NCBI GenBank assembly: GCA_035529075.1
Contig: DATKXK010000014.1
Coordinates: 76,264-140,263, forward strand
Source of the DNA: Acidobacteriota bacterium
Lineage (GTDB): Bacteria; Zixibacteria; MSB-5A5; GN15; FEB-12
Direction: 5' to 3'
Length of the DNA stretch: 64,000 nucleotides
Of the stretch, positions 1 through 9,065 are shown piece by piece. Position 1 is the first letter of the stretch. The number at the start of each line of letters is the position of its first letter. The position numbers were made by a program, and so were the translations under genes. Below the pieces are notes generated by a model. That model saw only the letters and a program-made list of their open reading frames with translations, ran no database searches and was not told the DNA's origin.

Positions 1-534
1 CTGGCTTTCGGCATCATCACTCCGTACATGTGGGGACGGCTGGCCGATTACCAGAAGCTGCGCATGCTGACGTTCATTGACCCCGGTCGTGATCCCCGGG
101 GGGCGGGCTACCAGATCATCCAGTCCAAAATCGCCATTGGTTCGGGCGGCGTCTGGGGGAAAGGCCTCCTGGGCGGGTCGCAGGCAAGGCTGGACTTCCT
201 GCCGGAACGCCACACCGACTTTATTTTTTCCGTGCTCGGTGAAGAGCTGGGCCTTTGGGGAGCGTTTGTCGTCCTCGCTCTGTTCGCTTTCATCTTTTAC
301 CGGGCGATGCGGATTGCGGTGCGGTGTCGATCACGGTTTGCCTCCCTGGTGGTCATGGGGGCCGCGGGTATTCTTCTGTTCCAGTTCGTGATCAATGTCG
401 GCATGACACTGGGTTTCATGCCGGTGACCGGCCTGGCGCTCCCGTTTCTCAGCTATGGGGGCACGGCACTCATGCTCTCATGGGCGCTGATCGGCCTGAT
501 TGTTTCGGCTGACTACCGGTGGCAGGAGTATTAG
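1..534 (+). CDS. rodA: Peptidoglycan glycosyltransferase RodA (SEDS family), C-terminal part; the 5' end lies outside the window
   Basis: Frame 1 is open from base 1. The translation carries GYQIIQSKIAIGSGGVWGKG, FLPERHTDFIFSVLGEELGL and LPFLSYGGTA followed by terminal TM helices. This is colinear with the RodA C-terminus as I recall it from E. coli. Confidence 0.9.
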   Translation: MAFGIITPYMWGRLADYQKLRMLTFIDPGRDPRGAGYQIIQSKIAIGSGGVWGKGLLGGSQARLDFLPERHTDFIFSVLGEELGLWGAFVVLALFAFIFYRAMRIAVRCRSRFASLVVMGAAGILLFQFVINVGMTLGFMPVTGLALPFLSYGGTALMLSWALIGLIVSADYRWQEY

Positions 535-590
535 TCATAGCGGGTTTATTCCGGTCGGGGACGTCAAGCCCGATAAACGGCAGGTCGGCC

Positions 591-2177
591 ATGCTTAAAA
601 CACGCCTTAGGCACATACTGGCAGCCCTTGCCCTGACCCTGGGCCCGTCGCTTTCTGAAGCCGTCAATCTCGATTCTCTCCTGATCGTATCGATCGGCGG
701 CCGCACCGCCCTGGAACGGCTGGCCACGGTCGACAACTACCGGACTGAGGGAACGGTATCTATCAACGGTCAGCAGGGAACTTTCGTTTCCGTGTACGCG
801 AAACCGGACCGTGTGTACTTCGAACTGAGCCTGGGATCCGTCTCCATTGTTCATGCATACGACGGTCAGGTGGCCTGGCAGAGAGATTTCAACGGCGTTA
901 CTTCGCGACTGGAAGGGTTCGAGAAGCGTGAACTGCTTGGCCAGGCGTACTTTCAATCCTATTCGTTCCTTTTCGACGACCGCATGCCGGGCGGCAGGGA
1001 GTACCGGGGCACGGCCGTGATCGACGGAAGAACCTGCCACGAGATCGCCCTGGTTCCGCTGAACACCGACACCGTGCTGGTTTACCTGGACGTTGAGACC
1101 GGCCTGCAGCGGCTGATGATCAGTTGGCTCGACAACACCCAGACGCGTACCACGGCCGACGATTACCGGGATGTATCGGGCATCCGGATACCGTTCTTCT
1201 CGCGGGCCGAGATTGTGGGGGCACCGCTCGTCCTTGAGTTTAGCGTTGGGCGCGTCCTCTTTGACCAACCGCTTGATGACGCCCTGTTCAGGCAGCCTGC
1301 CGCCGGTCAGGTGGATTTCAGGTTCCCGGCCGATGTCCGCTCCGTCACGGTACCGTTTGACTTCAGCTTCGGACACATCTATGTCACCGGCACCGTGAAC
1401 GGCAGGAAGAGAGCGCGTTTCATCCTGGATTCCGGCGCCTCGGCCAATGTCTTCCACGAACCGATATTGTCCGATCTCAATCTGCCTTCGGTCGGGTCTC
1501 TCCCGGCCAAAGGGATCGGCGGATACCGGGAGGTTACGCTTGTGCGAATCGACTCGGTGAACATCGGACCGCTGACGCTGCTGGATCAGGTGGCGGGCGC
1601 CGTCAACCTGGAAGGAATCGGTCGTGCCGGCAGCGACGGCACTCCGTTCGGCGGTGTCCTCGGATTCGATTTTCTTTCCCGCTTTCCCGTTCTCATCGAC
1701 TATGCCGGGAGACAGTTGACCGTCTATGAGCCGGGCAGCCGGGAACTTCCCGCCGGCGGCAGCGAGGTCCCGTTCCACCTGACGATGCACGTGCCCACCA
1801 TTGAGGCCCGACTGGTCGGAACCGAAGGGGACTTCCTGATCGACCTGGGCAGCCCCTTCGGCGTCATGGTGCACGCACCGTTTGTCGAACGGCACAACCT
1901 GGATCAGCAGCTTCAGGACATACGTCCCATATCCCGGACGCTCTCAGGACTGGGCGGGTCGGTAAAGGGAAGAAGCGCCTATGCCGCATCGTTTGCTTTC
2001 GGGGACGTGCGCGTTGAGTCGCTCAGGGTGCTGCTGCCCGAGGGCGGTGAGGGTATTTCCGGTTCGGAAGAGCTGGCCGGCAGCATAGGTAATCTTCTCC
2101 TGGAACAATTCCGTGTTTTATTCGATTTTGGAAACAACCGGCTCATCTTCTATGAGCGTGCCGAGAGTGCCAAATGA
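591..2177 (+). CDS. Secreted protein with an N-terminal LolA-like-looking half and two tandem retropepsin-like (clan AA) aspartic protease domains
   Basis: ATG 591 gives the signal peptide MLKTRLRHILAALALTLGPSLSEA (the ORF track opens at 519). Two active-site-like motifs are present: FILDSGASANVF and FLIDLGSPFGV. Confidence 0.6.
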   Translation: MLKTRLRHILAALALTLGPSLSEAVNLDSLLIVSIGGRTALERLATVDNYRTEGTVSINGQQGTFVSVYAKPDRVYFELSLGSVSIVHAYDGQVAWQRDFNGVTSRLEGFEKRELLGQAYFQSYSFLFDDRMPGGREYRGTAVIDGRTCHEIALVPLNTDTVLVYLDVETGLQRLMISWLDNTQTRTTADDYRDVSGIRIPFFSRAEIVGAPLVLEFSVGRVLFDQPLDDALFRQPAAGQVDFRFPADVRSVTVPFDFSFGHIYVTGTVNGRKRARFILDSGASANVFHEPILSDLNLPSVGSLPAKGIGGYREVTLVRIDSVNIGPLTLLDQVAGAVNLEGIGRAGSDGTPFGGVLGFDFLSRFPVLIDYAGRQLTVYEPGSRELPAGGSEVPFHLTMHVPTIEARLVGTEGDFLIDLGSPFGVMVHAPFVERHNLDQQLQDIRPISRTLSGLGGSVKGRSAYAASFAFGDVRVESLRVLLPEGGEGISGSEELAGSIGNLLLEQFRVLFDFGNNRLIFYERAESAK

Positions 2178-2178
2178 C

Positions 2179-2206
2179 TTGACACTATTGTTGCGGAGGA
2201 TATATT
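2179..2206 (+). promoter_or_regulatory. Sigma-70-like promoter TTGACA-N16-TATATT upstream of the beta-barrel/gap-pgk-tpiA-secG block
   Basis: TTGACA at 2179-2184 and TATATT at 2201-2206, in the 98-nt gap after the previous stop codon. Confidence 0.45.
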
Positions 2207-2281
2207 AGGATTCTGTACCTCTCGCCGGAAGCGGGCGGTATAACTTTTTGAGCGGGAGCAAGTTAGGGTTAGATTTTGTAT

Positions 2282-3037
2282 ATGTCCGGAAGTTTCAACA
2301 AGGCGGCAAACTGCATGTATTCACGTCTCTGCGGGCGGATGGTCCCGGTGGGGGTTGCTTTCTTTCTATGCTTGGCAGTACTCTTCTTGACTGTCGGCGC
2401 CGCGGCGGCCGGTGAGAGCAGTCCGGAGCCGAGGGAGTCATTCAACCACCGTCATCAGGCCGGGTTGCGAATCGGCGTCTGGGGGAACCTCGGCGAAATC
2501 CCCATGACCGTCGACACGCTGGGCTCCTCGATCTTCAACAACGATTTTAACTCGGCCAGTTTCTACATCGAGGGGTTTTTCGGTTACCGCATCATGACGC
2601 AGTTGGTCGGCGAACTCTCGGCGGGCATAGTCAGCCGCGGCGACATTCAGCTTCTTGAGTCCGGCACCAGCTATTCGGGCAGTCTCATCGTGTACCCGGT
2701 TCTGCTGAGACTGAGGTACTACCCGTTATCGGCTTTAAATCCGAAGTATCACCCGTACCTTTCGGTTGGTGGCGGGATTTACCACGCCAGGCACGACATT
2801 CAGTATGCCAGCGGGCAATACGCCGGTTTCGCCGCTTTTTACGAGGAAGCCTCAGAAACGTCCTTTGACTTTGTCGTCGGCGGCGGATTTGACTGGCCCG
2901 TGGCCGCCGCTGTCGGGCTTGAGTTCAATGCCCAGTATATGCCGATCCGGTTCGGCAGCGCCATTATCGGTGTCAACGACTGGTCGTCACTGACTTTCAC
3001 TGTGGGCGTTAAGTACCTGTTCGATATGGAATCGTAA
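2282..3037 (+). CDS. Putative outer-membrane beta-barrel protein (small OmpW/OmpA-like barrel)
   Basis: Hydrophobic signal segment VPVGVAFFLCLAVLFLTVGAAAAG. Downstream sequence has alternating hydrophobic strands with aromatic girdle residues, and the C-terminal strand is LTFTVGVKYLF. The start is ambiguous (TTG 2276, ATG 2282 or ATG 2318). Confidence 0.55.
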   Translation: MSGSFNKAANCMYSRLCGRMVPVGVAFFLCLAVLFLTVGAAAAGESSPEPRESFNHRHQAGLRIGVWGNLGEIPMTVDTLGSSIFNNDFNSASFYIEGFFGYRIMTQLVGELSAGIVSRGDIQLLESGTSYSGSLIVYPVLLRLRYYPLSALNPKYHPYLSVGGGIYHARHDIQYASGQYAGFAAFYEEASETSFDFVVGGGFDWPVAAAVGLEFNAQYMPIRFGSAIIGVNDWSSLTFTVGVKYLFDMES

Positions 3038-3066
3038 ATCTTGGAGTTCAGGATCGGGAGGATTCG

Positions 3067-4050
3067 ATGAAGGTAGGCATTAACGGGTTTGGGCGGATCG
3101 GCCGGCTGGTTCTCAGGGCGGCTCGCGGCACCGACATAGACGTTGTAGGTGTCAATGACATCACGGACGCGAAAACGCTGGCGCATTTGCTGAAGTATGA
3201 CTCGATCCACGGACGCTATCCCGGCAAAGTGGGCCTCGAGGGTGACAGCCTCGTTGTGGAGGGCAAGAAGATACCGGTTCTCAAGGAGCTGGATCCGGCC
3301 AGGCTGCCGTGGAAATCGCTGGGCGCCGAGGTCGTGCTGGAATGCACCGGCCGGTTCACCAAGCGCGACGATGCAGCCAAGCATTTGGATGCGGGGGCTA
3401 AAAAGGTCTTGATCTCCGCCCCGGCCAAGGGGCACGACGGTACGTTTCTGCTCGGCGTCAATTCCGACCAGTACGACAAATCGAAGCACCACATCATCTC
3501 AATCGGCTCCTGCACCACCAACTGCCTGGCTCCGATGGTCAAGGTGCTGCTCGACAACTTCGGCATCCAGACCGGTGTCATGACGACCATCCACGCTTAC
3601 ACGGCCGATCAGCGTTTGCAGGATGCGCCCCACAAGGACCTGCGGCGGGCACGTGCCGCCGCCCTGTCGATGGTCCCCACCACTACCGGGGCCGCCCGCG
3701 CCATCTCCCAGGTGATCCCGGAGCTCGAGGGCAAGATGGACGGTGCCGCCATCCGCGTGCCTACTCCGGACGGATCGATTGTCGATCTCGCCGTTATCCT
3801 AGAGAAGGAAGCGACGGTGGACCAGATCAATGCCGCCGTGAAGAAGGCGGCCGCGTCCGGACCGTTGTCCAAGACGCTTGAATACTGCGAGGACCCCGTC
3901 GTCTCGACTGACATCATCGGAAACCCCCACGGCTGTGTTTTTGATGCGGCCCTGACGTCGGTGCAAGGTCGGCTGACGAAGGTCTTCGCGTGGTACGACA
4001 ATGAGTGGGGTTTCTCCTGCCGCATGATTGACATGATGTTGATGATGTAG
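3067..4050 (+). CDS. gap: Glyceraldehyde-3-phosphate dehydrogenase, type I
   Basis: [19 protein letters not shown] Rossmann N-terminus, catalytic SCTTNCLAP motif, and C-terminal WYDNEWGFS. Confidence 0.95.
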   Translation: MKVGINGFGRIGRLVLRAARGTDIDVVGVNDITDAKTLAHLLKYDSIHGRYPGKVGLEGDSLVVEGKKIPVLKELDPARLPWKSLGAEVVLECTGRFTKRDDAAKHLDAGAKKVLISAPAKGHDGTFLLGVNSDQYDKSKHHIISIGSCTTNCLAPMVKVLLDNFGIQTGVMTTIHAYTADQRLQDAPHKDLRRARAAALSMVPTTTGAARAISQVIPELEGKMDGAAIRVPTPDGSIVDLAVILEKEATVDQINAAVKKAAASGPLSKTLEYCEDPVVSTDIIGNPHGCVFDAALTSVQGRLTKVFAWYDNEWGFSCRMIDMMLMM

Positions 4051-4070
4051 CCGGGAAAGGACACGTCCAA

Positions 4071-5285
4071 ATGAGCAAACTAAGCGTCTCGGATATCAAC
4101 TTTCGCGGCCGCCGGGTGCTGTTGCGGGTCGACTTCAACGTCCCGCTCGACAGCCGGCGGAACATTACCGACGACCGGCGAATCCGCAGCAGCCTGCCCA
4201 CCATCCGCAAGATACTTGATGACGGCGGCAGGGTCATCGCATGTTCGCACCTGGGCCGTCCGAAAGGCAAACCTGTACCCGAGATGTCGCTCCGGCCGGT
4301 GGCCGAGCGGCTCTCGGAGCTGCTCGGGCGGGAAGTGCTCTTTGCCGAGGATTGCATCGGCCCGGAGGCGTCCAACGTCGTGGACAGGATGAAGGACGGC
4401 GACTGCCTGCTGCTCGAAAACCTGCGTTTCCATGCCGACGAGGAACAGAACGACCCGGAGTTCGCCGGGAAACTGGCCGCCCTGGCAGACATTTACGTCA
4501 ACGACGCCTTCGGCACGGCCCACCGGGCGCACGCCTCGACCGAGGGCGTGACGCGCTATTTCAATCAGGCCGCCGCCGGGTTCCTCATGGAAAAAGAACT
4601 CCGATTTCTCGCGCAGACGATCACCGATCCGGCGCGGCCGTTCGCGGCCATCCTCGGCGGGGCCAAGATATCCGGCAAGATTGACATCATACAGAACCTG
4701 CTGGGCAAGGTGGACATCCTGCTGATCGGCGGCGGCATGGCCTTTACTTTCAGCAAGGCCCGGGGGTATCCTATCGGTAACTCCCTGCTGGAGCAGGACA
4801 AGGTTGAGCTGGCCCGGGAGATCATCTCGCGGGCGGACCAGGCAAAAGTGAGGCTGGTGTTCCCGACCGACGTCGTGGTGGCCCCGGAGATTTCCGAAGA
4901 CGTGCCGACCGAAGTGGTCGATATCGACAAGATACCGGACGGAATGATGGGACTGGATATCGGTCCGGCGACGATTGCGCTCTTTTCCGAAGCGCTCAGA
5001 AGTGCGCGTACGGTGGTGTGGAACGGCCCGATGGGGGTTTTTGAGTGCAAGCCGTTTGCCGCCGGCACCGCCGCCGTGGCCAGGCTGCTGGCCGATCTGA
5101 CCGACGAGGGCGCGACTACCGTGGTTGGCGGAGGCGATTCCGCGGCGGCCGTCGCACAGCAAGGGCTGGACGGCCGGCTGACACACATCTCGACCGGAGG
5201 CGGCGCATCGCTGGAGTTCCTCGAAGGCAAGACGCTGCCGGGCGTTGCCGCGCTGACCGACGTGTCCAAGGCGAGGGTGGTCTGA
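4071..5285 (+). CDS. pgk: Phosphoglycerate kinase
   Basis: RVDFNVPLD near the N-terminus, [22 protein letters not shown], and C-terminal [15 protein letters not shown]. Confidence 0.95.
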   Translation: MSKLSVSDINFRGRRVLLRVDFNVPLDSRRNITDDRRIRSSLPTIRKILDDGGRVIACSHLGRPKGKPVPEMSLRPVAERLSELLGREVLFAEDCIGPEASNVVDRMKDGDCLLLENLRFHADEEQNDPEFAGKLAALADIYVNDAFGTAHRAHASTEGVTRYFNQAAAGFLMEKELRFLAQTITDPARPFAAILGGAKISGKIDIIQNLLGKVDILLIGGGMAFTFSKARGYPIGNSLLEQDKVELAREIISRADQAKVRLVFPTDVVVAPEISEDVPTEVVDIDKIPDGMMGLDIGPATIALFSEALRSARTVVWNGPMGVFECKPFAAGTAAVARLLADLTDEGATTVVGGGDSAAAVAQQGLDGRLTHISTGGGASLEFLEGKTLPGVAALTDVSKARVV

Positions 5286-5286
5286 T

Positions 5287-6036
5287 ATGCGAAAACCCAT
5301 TATTGCCGGTAACTGGAAAATGAACGGTACCGCCGACCTGACCGAGGCGCTCATTACGGAACTGCTGGCCGGGCTGTCAGGCAACGAGAAGGCGACCATG
5401 GTAATCTGTCCGCCTTTCCCGTTCCTGGAAGCCGCACATCGTCTGTTGTCCGGTTCGGCTGTCGCGCTGGGTGCCCAGGAAATGTCGGCCCACGGGCCCG
5501 GTGCGTATACCGGGGAAGTCTGCGCGGAGATGCTCTTGACAGTGGGGGTGCGCTACGTTATCTTGGGTCATTCTGAAAGACGGCAGTACCATGCCGAAAC
5601 CGACCGTATAGTCAACGCCAAGGCCAGGCGTGCCCTCGAAGCCAGCCTCATCCCGATCATCTGCGTCGGTGAATCGCTGCAGGAGCGGGAGAGGGGCGAG
5701 ACCGAGCAGGTTGTGGGACGGCAGATTGACGGTACACTTTCAGAGTTAACGGTCGATGAATTGAAAGGAATAGTCATCGCCTACGAGCCGATCTGGGCGA
5801 TCGGCACGGGCCGCACGGCCACGCCGCAGATGGCGCAGGACGTGCACCGGTTTATCAGGCAACGACTCGCCAGCCGTTACGGCGAAGCTGCGGACGCGGT
5901 CCGCATCCTGTACGGCGGATCGGTCAAGCCCGACAATGCCGCCGGGCTCCTGCGGGAGCCTGACATTGACGGTGCGCTGGTCGGCGGGGCGTCACTCAAG
6001 GCGGATGACTTCAGAGCGATTATTGAAGCAGTTTGA
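5287..6036 (+). CDS. tpiA: Triose-phosphate isomerase
   Basis: IAGNWKMNG, ILGHSERR, IAYEPIWAIGTG and YGGSVKPDN motifs. The gene starts 1 nt after the pgk stop. Confidence 0.95.
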   Translation: MRKPIIAGNWKMNGTADLTEALITELLAGLSGNEKATMVICPPFPFLEAAHRLLSGSAVALGAQEMSAHGPGAYTGEVCAEMLLTVGVRYVILGHSERRQYHAETDRIVNAKARRALEASLIPIICVGESLQERERGETEQVVGRQIDGTLSELTVDELKGIVIAYEPIWAIGTGRTATPQMAQDVHRFIRQRLASRYGEAADAVRILYGGSVKPDNAAGLLREPDIDGALVGGASLKADDFRAIIEAV

Positions 6037-6051
6037 ACGGAGGCGAATTAC

Positions 6052-6471
6052 TTGTTCACCATCTGGGTAGTTTTCCATGTCCTTATTTCCATCGCCCTGA
6101 TGCTGGTTGTGCTGATGCAGTCCGCCAAAGGAGACGGGCTGGCGGGCACCGCGTTCAGCGGCGGTCTCTCCGGCGCCGTGTTCGGTGGGCGGGGTGCCGC
6201 ATCGTTCCTGTCCAGAGCGACCACCGTGCTGGCGATTGTGTTTATGGTCAATTGCGGGGTTCTGGCATTCATGTCGGCCAAGACGCGAACCACGACCGAC
6301 GTGCAGCAGACCGGTGAGTCGGTCGTGACCCGCAAAATGGCCGAGGAACAGGAGCGGATGCTCCAGCAGCAGCAGGCGGCGCAGGAGGCGACGAGACAGG
6401 ATTCGATCGCCCGGGCCACGGTGCAGGACCAGCCGGTCGATCTTCTGCCGCCGCAGCCGGACAGCAATTAG
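6052..6471 (+). CDS. secG: Preprotein translocase subunit SecG with a Q-rich C-terminal extension
   Basis: TTG start preceded by GGAGG. The N-terminus VLISIALMLVVLMQSAKGDGLAGTAFSGG is typical of SecG. Its position after gap-pgk-tpiA is a common arrangement. Confidence 0.8.
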   Translation: MFTIWVVFHVLISIALMLVVLMQSAKGDGLAGTAFSGGLSGAVFGGRGAASFLSRATTVLAIVFMVNCGVLAFMSAKTRTTTDVQQTGESVVTRKMAEEQERMLQQQQAAQEATRQDSIARATVQDQPVDLLPPQPDSN

Positions 6472-6500
6472 CACGTAGTAATCTGTGATTGATATCGATT

Positions 6501-6582
6501 GCGGAAGTGGTGGAACTGGTAGACACGCTATCTTGAGGGGGTAGTGAGGCAACTCGTGCGGGTTCGAGTCCCGCCTTCCGCA
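6501..6582 (+). tRNA. tRNA-Leu (anticodon GAG), class II with long variable arm
   Basis: Acceptor stem GCGGAAG/CTTCCGC. Anticodon stem CTATC/GGTAG with loop TTGAGGG. T-arm GGTTCGAGTCC. Long variable arm. Confidence 0.9.
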
Positions 6583-6670
6583 TATAGATAAGGCCCTTGG
6601 CCGCCTGACCGCCGGGGGCTGTTTCTTGTCGCCGCGTGCCGCACGGCCGTTTGCTCGTCATACAAACTGA

Positions 6671-6698
6671 TTGACATTCCTACGGTTATGGTTATAAT
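6671..6698 (+). promoter_or_regulatory. Consensus sigma-70 promoter TTGACA-N16-TATAAT, about 280 nt upstream of locus 1
   Basis: TTGACA at 6671-6676 and TATAAT at 6693-6698, both perfect hexamers. Confidence 0.55.
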
Positions 6699-6980
6699 AA
6701 TATGATAGCAGCGGGGCAACGACTTTACTCCTTCGTGTATCCATCGCCCGGGCAAGTCGATCCTTGCAATGCAAGGTATCTGGTCTTACGAAACGAGTTC
6801 GACAGATCATGAGTGGATTCGTCTGATTGATGTAGAAGGTTGAGCTGGGGGTTCCGCAGCCAGAGGGTAAATCACCGCAACAGCCCGCCTGGAGTACCTG
6901 AGACAGAAAGGCTAGAGTTTTTCAGTCGAGGACTGCCCGTCCGGTCAGGGCGGAAGTTCGTGACCCGAAGGGGGAGTATT

Positions 6981-9065
6981 GTGACAAAGCATTTCGTTAG
7001 CCGAGGGATAGTACGGCCTTTCCTGGGCCTGATCACGGTCATACTGCTTATCGCCGACCCGGCGCGGGCTGAGCCGGACGATCCGGGTGCGCTTCCCGGT
7101 TGCTACTGTGTCGGCATGGTCGGCAACGTCGATTGCGACTACGCGGATATTGTCGATGTCGGTGACCTGACGTTTCTGATTGACTACCTGTTCATCAGTC
7201 ACGCGCGGCTGCCGAACCGGGAGGAGGCCAACACCGACGGGGATCCCGACGGGGTCATTGATATCGGCGACCTGACGGCGCTGATAGATCATCTATTCAT
7301 TACCCATTCCGATCTTCCGCCCTGCCCGGCCCCGCCGAACTGCCCTCCGAGGACGAAAATTCTGTATTTCCCGGTCGGGCCGTATATCGATGCCCCTGCG
7401 CCCGGCTCACCCGTAACGGGGATTCCCATCTCCTGGGAGGCGTTTGATCTGGTCGACCACCCCTACTACCCGCCGCCGTTTGAATGCGAATGGCGCCTGT
7501 ACGGCCCGTACGTTTCCGATACCATTCACGACAGCACCTGGGAGGAACTGACCGACCGATTCATCAAACCTGCTTTCCGGTGCCTCACCGGCGAAGTATA
7601 CCTTTTCGGCGAGGGGGGTGGCATTATCGTCTGCGACAGCGTCCCGGTGCCGATCGGGGACGATTCGGTCGGCTTTGTCATCACGTGCGACACGGTCTTC
7701 GTGGACACCATCACGGGGGCGAATGTGTACGGGTGGCTCGATACGGTTCTCGATGTCGACGATCCGGATTTTGTCGACGATCCGCTCTTTGACCGTGTGG
7801 CCCTGCGGTCGCAGGGGGACGGTCCGGGCGACGTCTGGGTTTTCGACCTGACTGACACGCTGTACGACGTTTACCGTTATGATTCGGACGACACCACCCG
7901 GGAGGAGTATTTCATCTTCTGGGTGCGCGCCCGCGATGTGGTCGACTCCAATCTGTACGACCCCACTCCGGATTTCAAAGCGTGCCGGGTCATCGATCCG
8001 CGTTATGAGCACGACGTCGGCATATTGGACCTTCAGCAGGGGTTTTCTATCAATGCCTGTATCAGAGACAGCGCAAGAGCATTCTGGGATCGCGCCCTCG
8101 ATTCGTGGGCCGGCAGCAGCGGATTGACGATTGACTACGAACCAACTCGCGACTATCGGGTCGTTAATAGTGCTATGGGAATCGGGGTTACGCTTCGTGA
8201 AGTGCTTGCGTACAAGACGGTGGTCTTCGTCGACGACAATGTCCTCCCCGGATGTCTGGCATGGTGGGCGATCAGCGGTGATGTGTTGACCGTCATCGAC
8301 GCCGGTGTCAACGCCTGGATGTGCGGCCGGACGCTAATATACGGTGATGAGGCAGCCCCGCCGCAGTTTGACGTTTTCTCCGCCATACCTCCGAACCTCG
8401 CTGAGGGTTTCAGCTTCTACTTCGGTGTCGAGCAGATGGTCTTCTCAGGGTGGGAATGGCACATCTATTTTGACGCCCGGATGAAGGTGCAGGCGGGCTG
8501 CAGAATTGAGGACTTCATCGGTGCGCACAGCTATGACGAGGAACAGTGGCCCGATCTGACTGTGGACTCGGCGCTGCTTCATCGCCGATATAGGTGGGAG
8601 TACATTTATCCCTGGGTAGACACGCTGGCCGCCATGCCGGAAGTGGACTGGTATCAGCTTGGCGCGGATGTCCAACCGATGTACAGTTATGCCTCCCTGT
8701 ATCCCGGCGGCCACTTCCTCGGGCCTGAGTATACGTTTGAAGGCAGGGACGTGGCGCACCGGTTGAATCGCGGCCTGTTCAGAACCGCATTCTTCATGTT
8801 CACGCCGTTCGCCCTGGAGGAATCAGCCGCGCAGACGGTCATCGACACCGTGCTGTCCTGGCTGTATGATCCGTACCTGGTCACGCCTCCCCTTTCCACG
8901 AGGTATACGGATGCCCCGGTTCCGGTTAATCAGTCACAGGTGCGCGAACGATACTTCCGAAGGTTGGCGGAGCAAGAGAATGACGCGAAGCGAGAACAAT
9001 CATTGGGGCCGCCGGCATCACCCGTAACGAATCCAGCAGACCTGTTTCGGGGGGAAAGCAAATGA
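6981..9065 (+). CDS. Family D secreted protein (D1) with an N-terminal dockerin-like module; function unknown
   Basis: GTG 6981 follows AAGGGGGA and gives the signal peptide VTKHFVSRGIVRPFLGLITVILLIADPARA (the ORF track opens at 6840). It is a paralogue of 61559-63841. Shared strings include FECEWRLYGPY, EYFIFWVR, IRDSARA, FYFG.EQ..SGWEWHI and VAHRLNRGLFRT. Confidence 0.8.
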   Translation: MTKHFVSRGIVRPFLGLITVILLIADPARAEPDDPGALPGCYCVGMVGNVDCDYADIVDVGDLTFLIDYLFISHARLPNREEANTDGDPDGVIDIGDLTALIDHLFITHSDLPPCPAPPNCPPRTKILYFPVGPYIDAPAPGSPVTGIPISWEAFDLVDHPYYPPPFECEWRLYGPYVSDTIHDSTWEELTDRFIKPAFRCLTGEVYLFGEGGGIIVCDSVPVPIGDDSVGFVITCDTVFVDTITGANVYGWLDTVLDVDDPDFVDDPLFDRVALRSQGDGPGDVWVFDLTDTLYDVYRYDSDDTTREEYFIFWVRARDVVDSNLYDPTPDFKACRVIDPRYEHDVGILDLQQGFSINACIRDSARAFWDRALDSWAGSSGLTIDYEPTRDYRVVNSAMGIGVTLREVLAYKTVVFVDDNVLPGCLAWWAISGDVLTVIDAGVNAWMCGRTLIYGDEAAPPQFDVFSAIPPNLAEGFSFYFGVEQMVFSGWEWHIYFDARMKVQAGCRIEDFIGAHSYDEEQWPDLTVDSALLHRRYRWEYIYPWVDTLAAMPEVDWYQLGADVQPMYSYASLYPGGHFLGPEYTFEGRDVAHRLNRGLFRTAFFMFTPFALEESAAQTVIDTVLSWLYDPYLVTPPLSTRYTDAPVPVNQSQVRERYFRRLAEQENDAKREQSLGPPASPVTNPADLFRGESK
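7101..7328 (+). other. Cys-flanked dockerin-like duplicated Ca-loop/helix module within D1
   Basis: CYCVGMVGNVDCDYADIVDVGDLTFLIDYLFISH ... ANTDGDPDGVIDIGDLTALIDHLFITHSDLPPCP. This has two D/N-rich loops, each followed by a DLxxLIDxLF helix. Confidence 0.6.

Noticed and set aside
564-1895. 443-aa minus-strand ORF in the six-frame track
   Set aside because: It lies entirely antisense to the 591-2177 gene, which has a signal peptide and protease motifs. Its Arg/Gly/Pro-rich composition is typical of shadow ORFs in GC-rich DNA.
4080-5399. 439-aa minus-strand ORF, plus other internal ORFs in 4241-5323
   Set aside because: It is antisense or out of frame to pgk, which is unambiguous. It has no motifs and a low-complexity R/G/P/A composition.
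6840-6980. N-terminal extension of D1 from TTG 6840 (similar extensions at 13377, 16815, 28166 and 38329)
   Set aside because: In each case the downstream start has an RBS and yields a proper signal peptide or the conserved N-terminus. The extensions are basic, low-complexity sequence.
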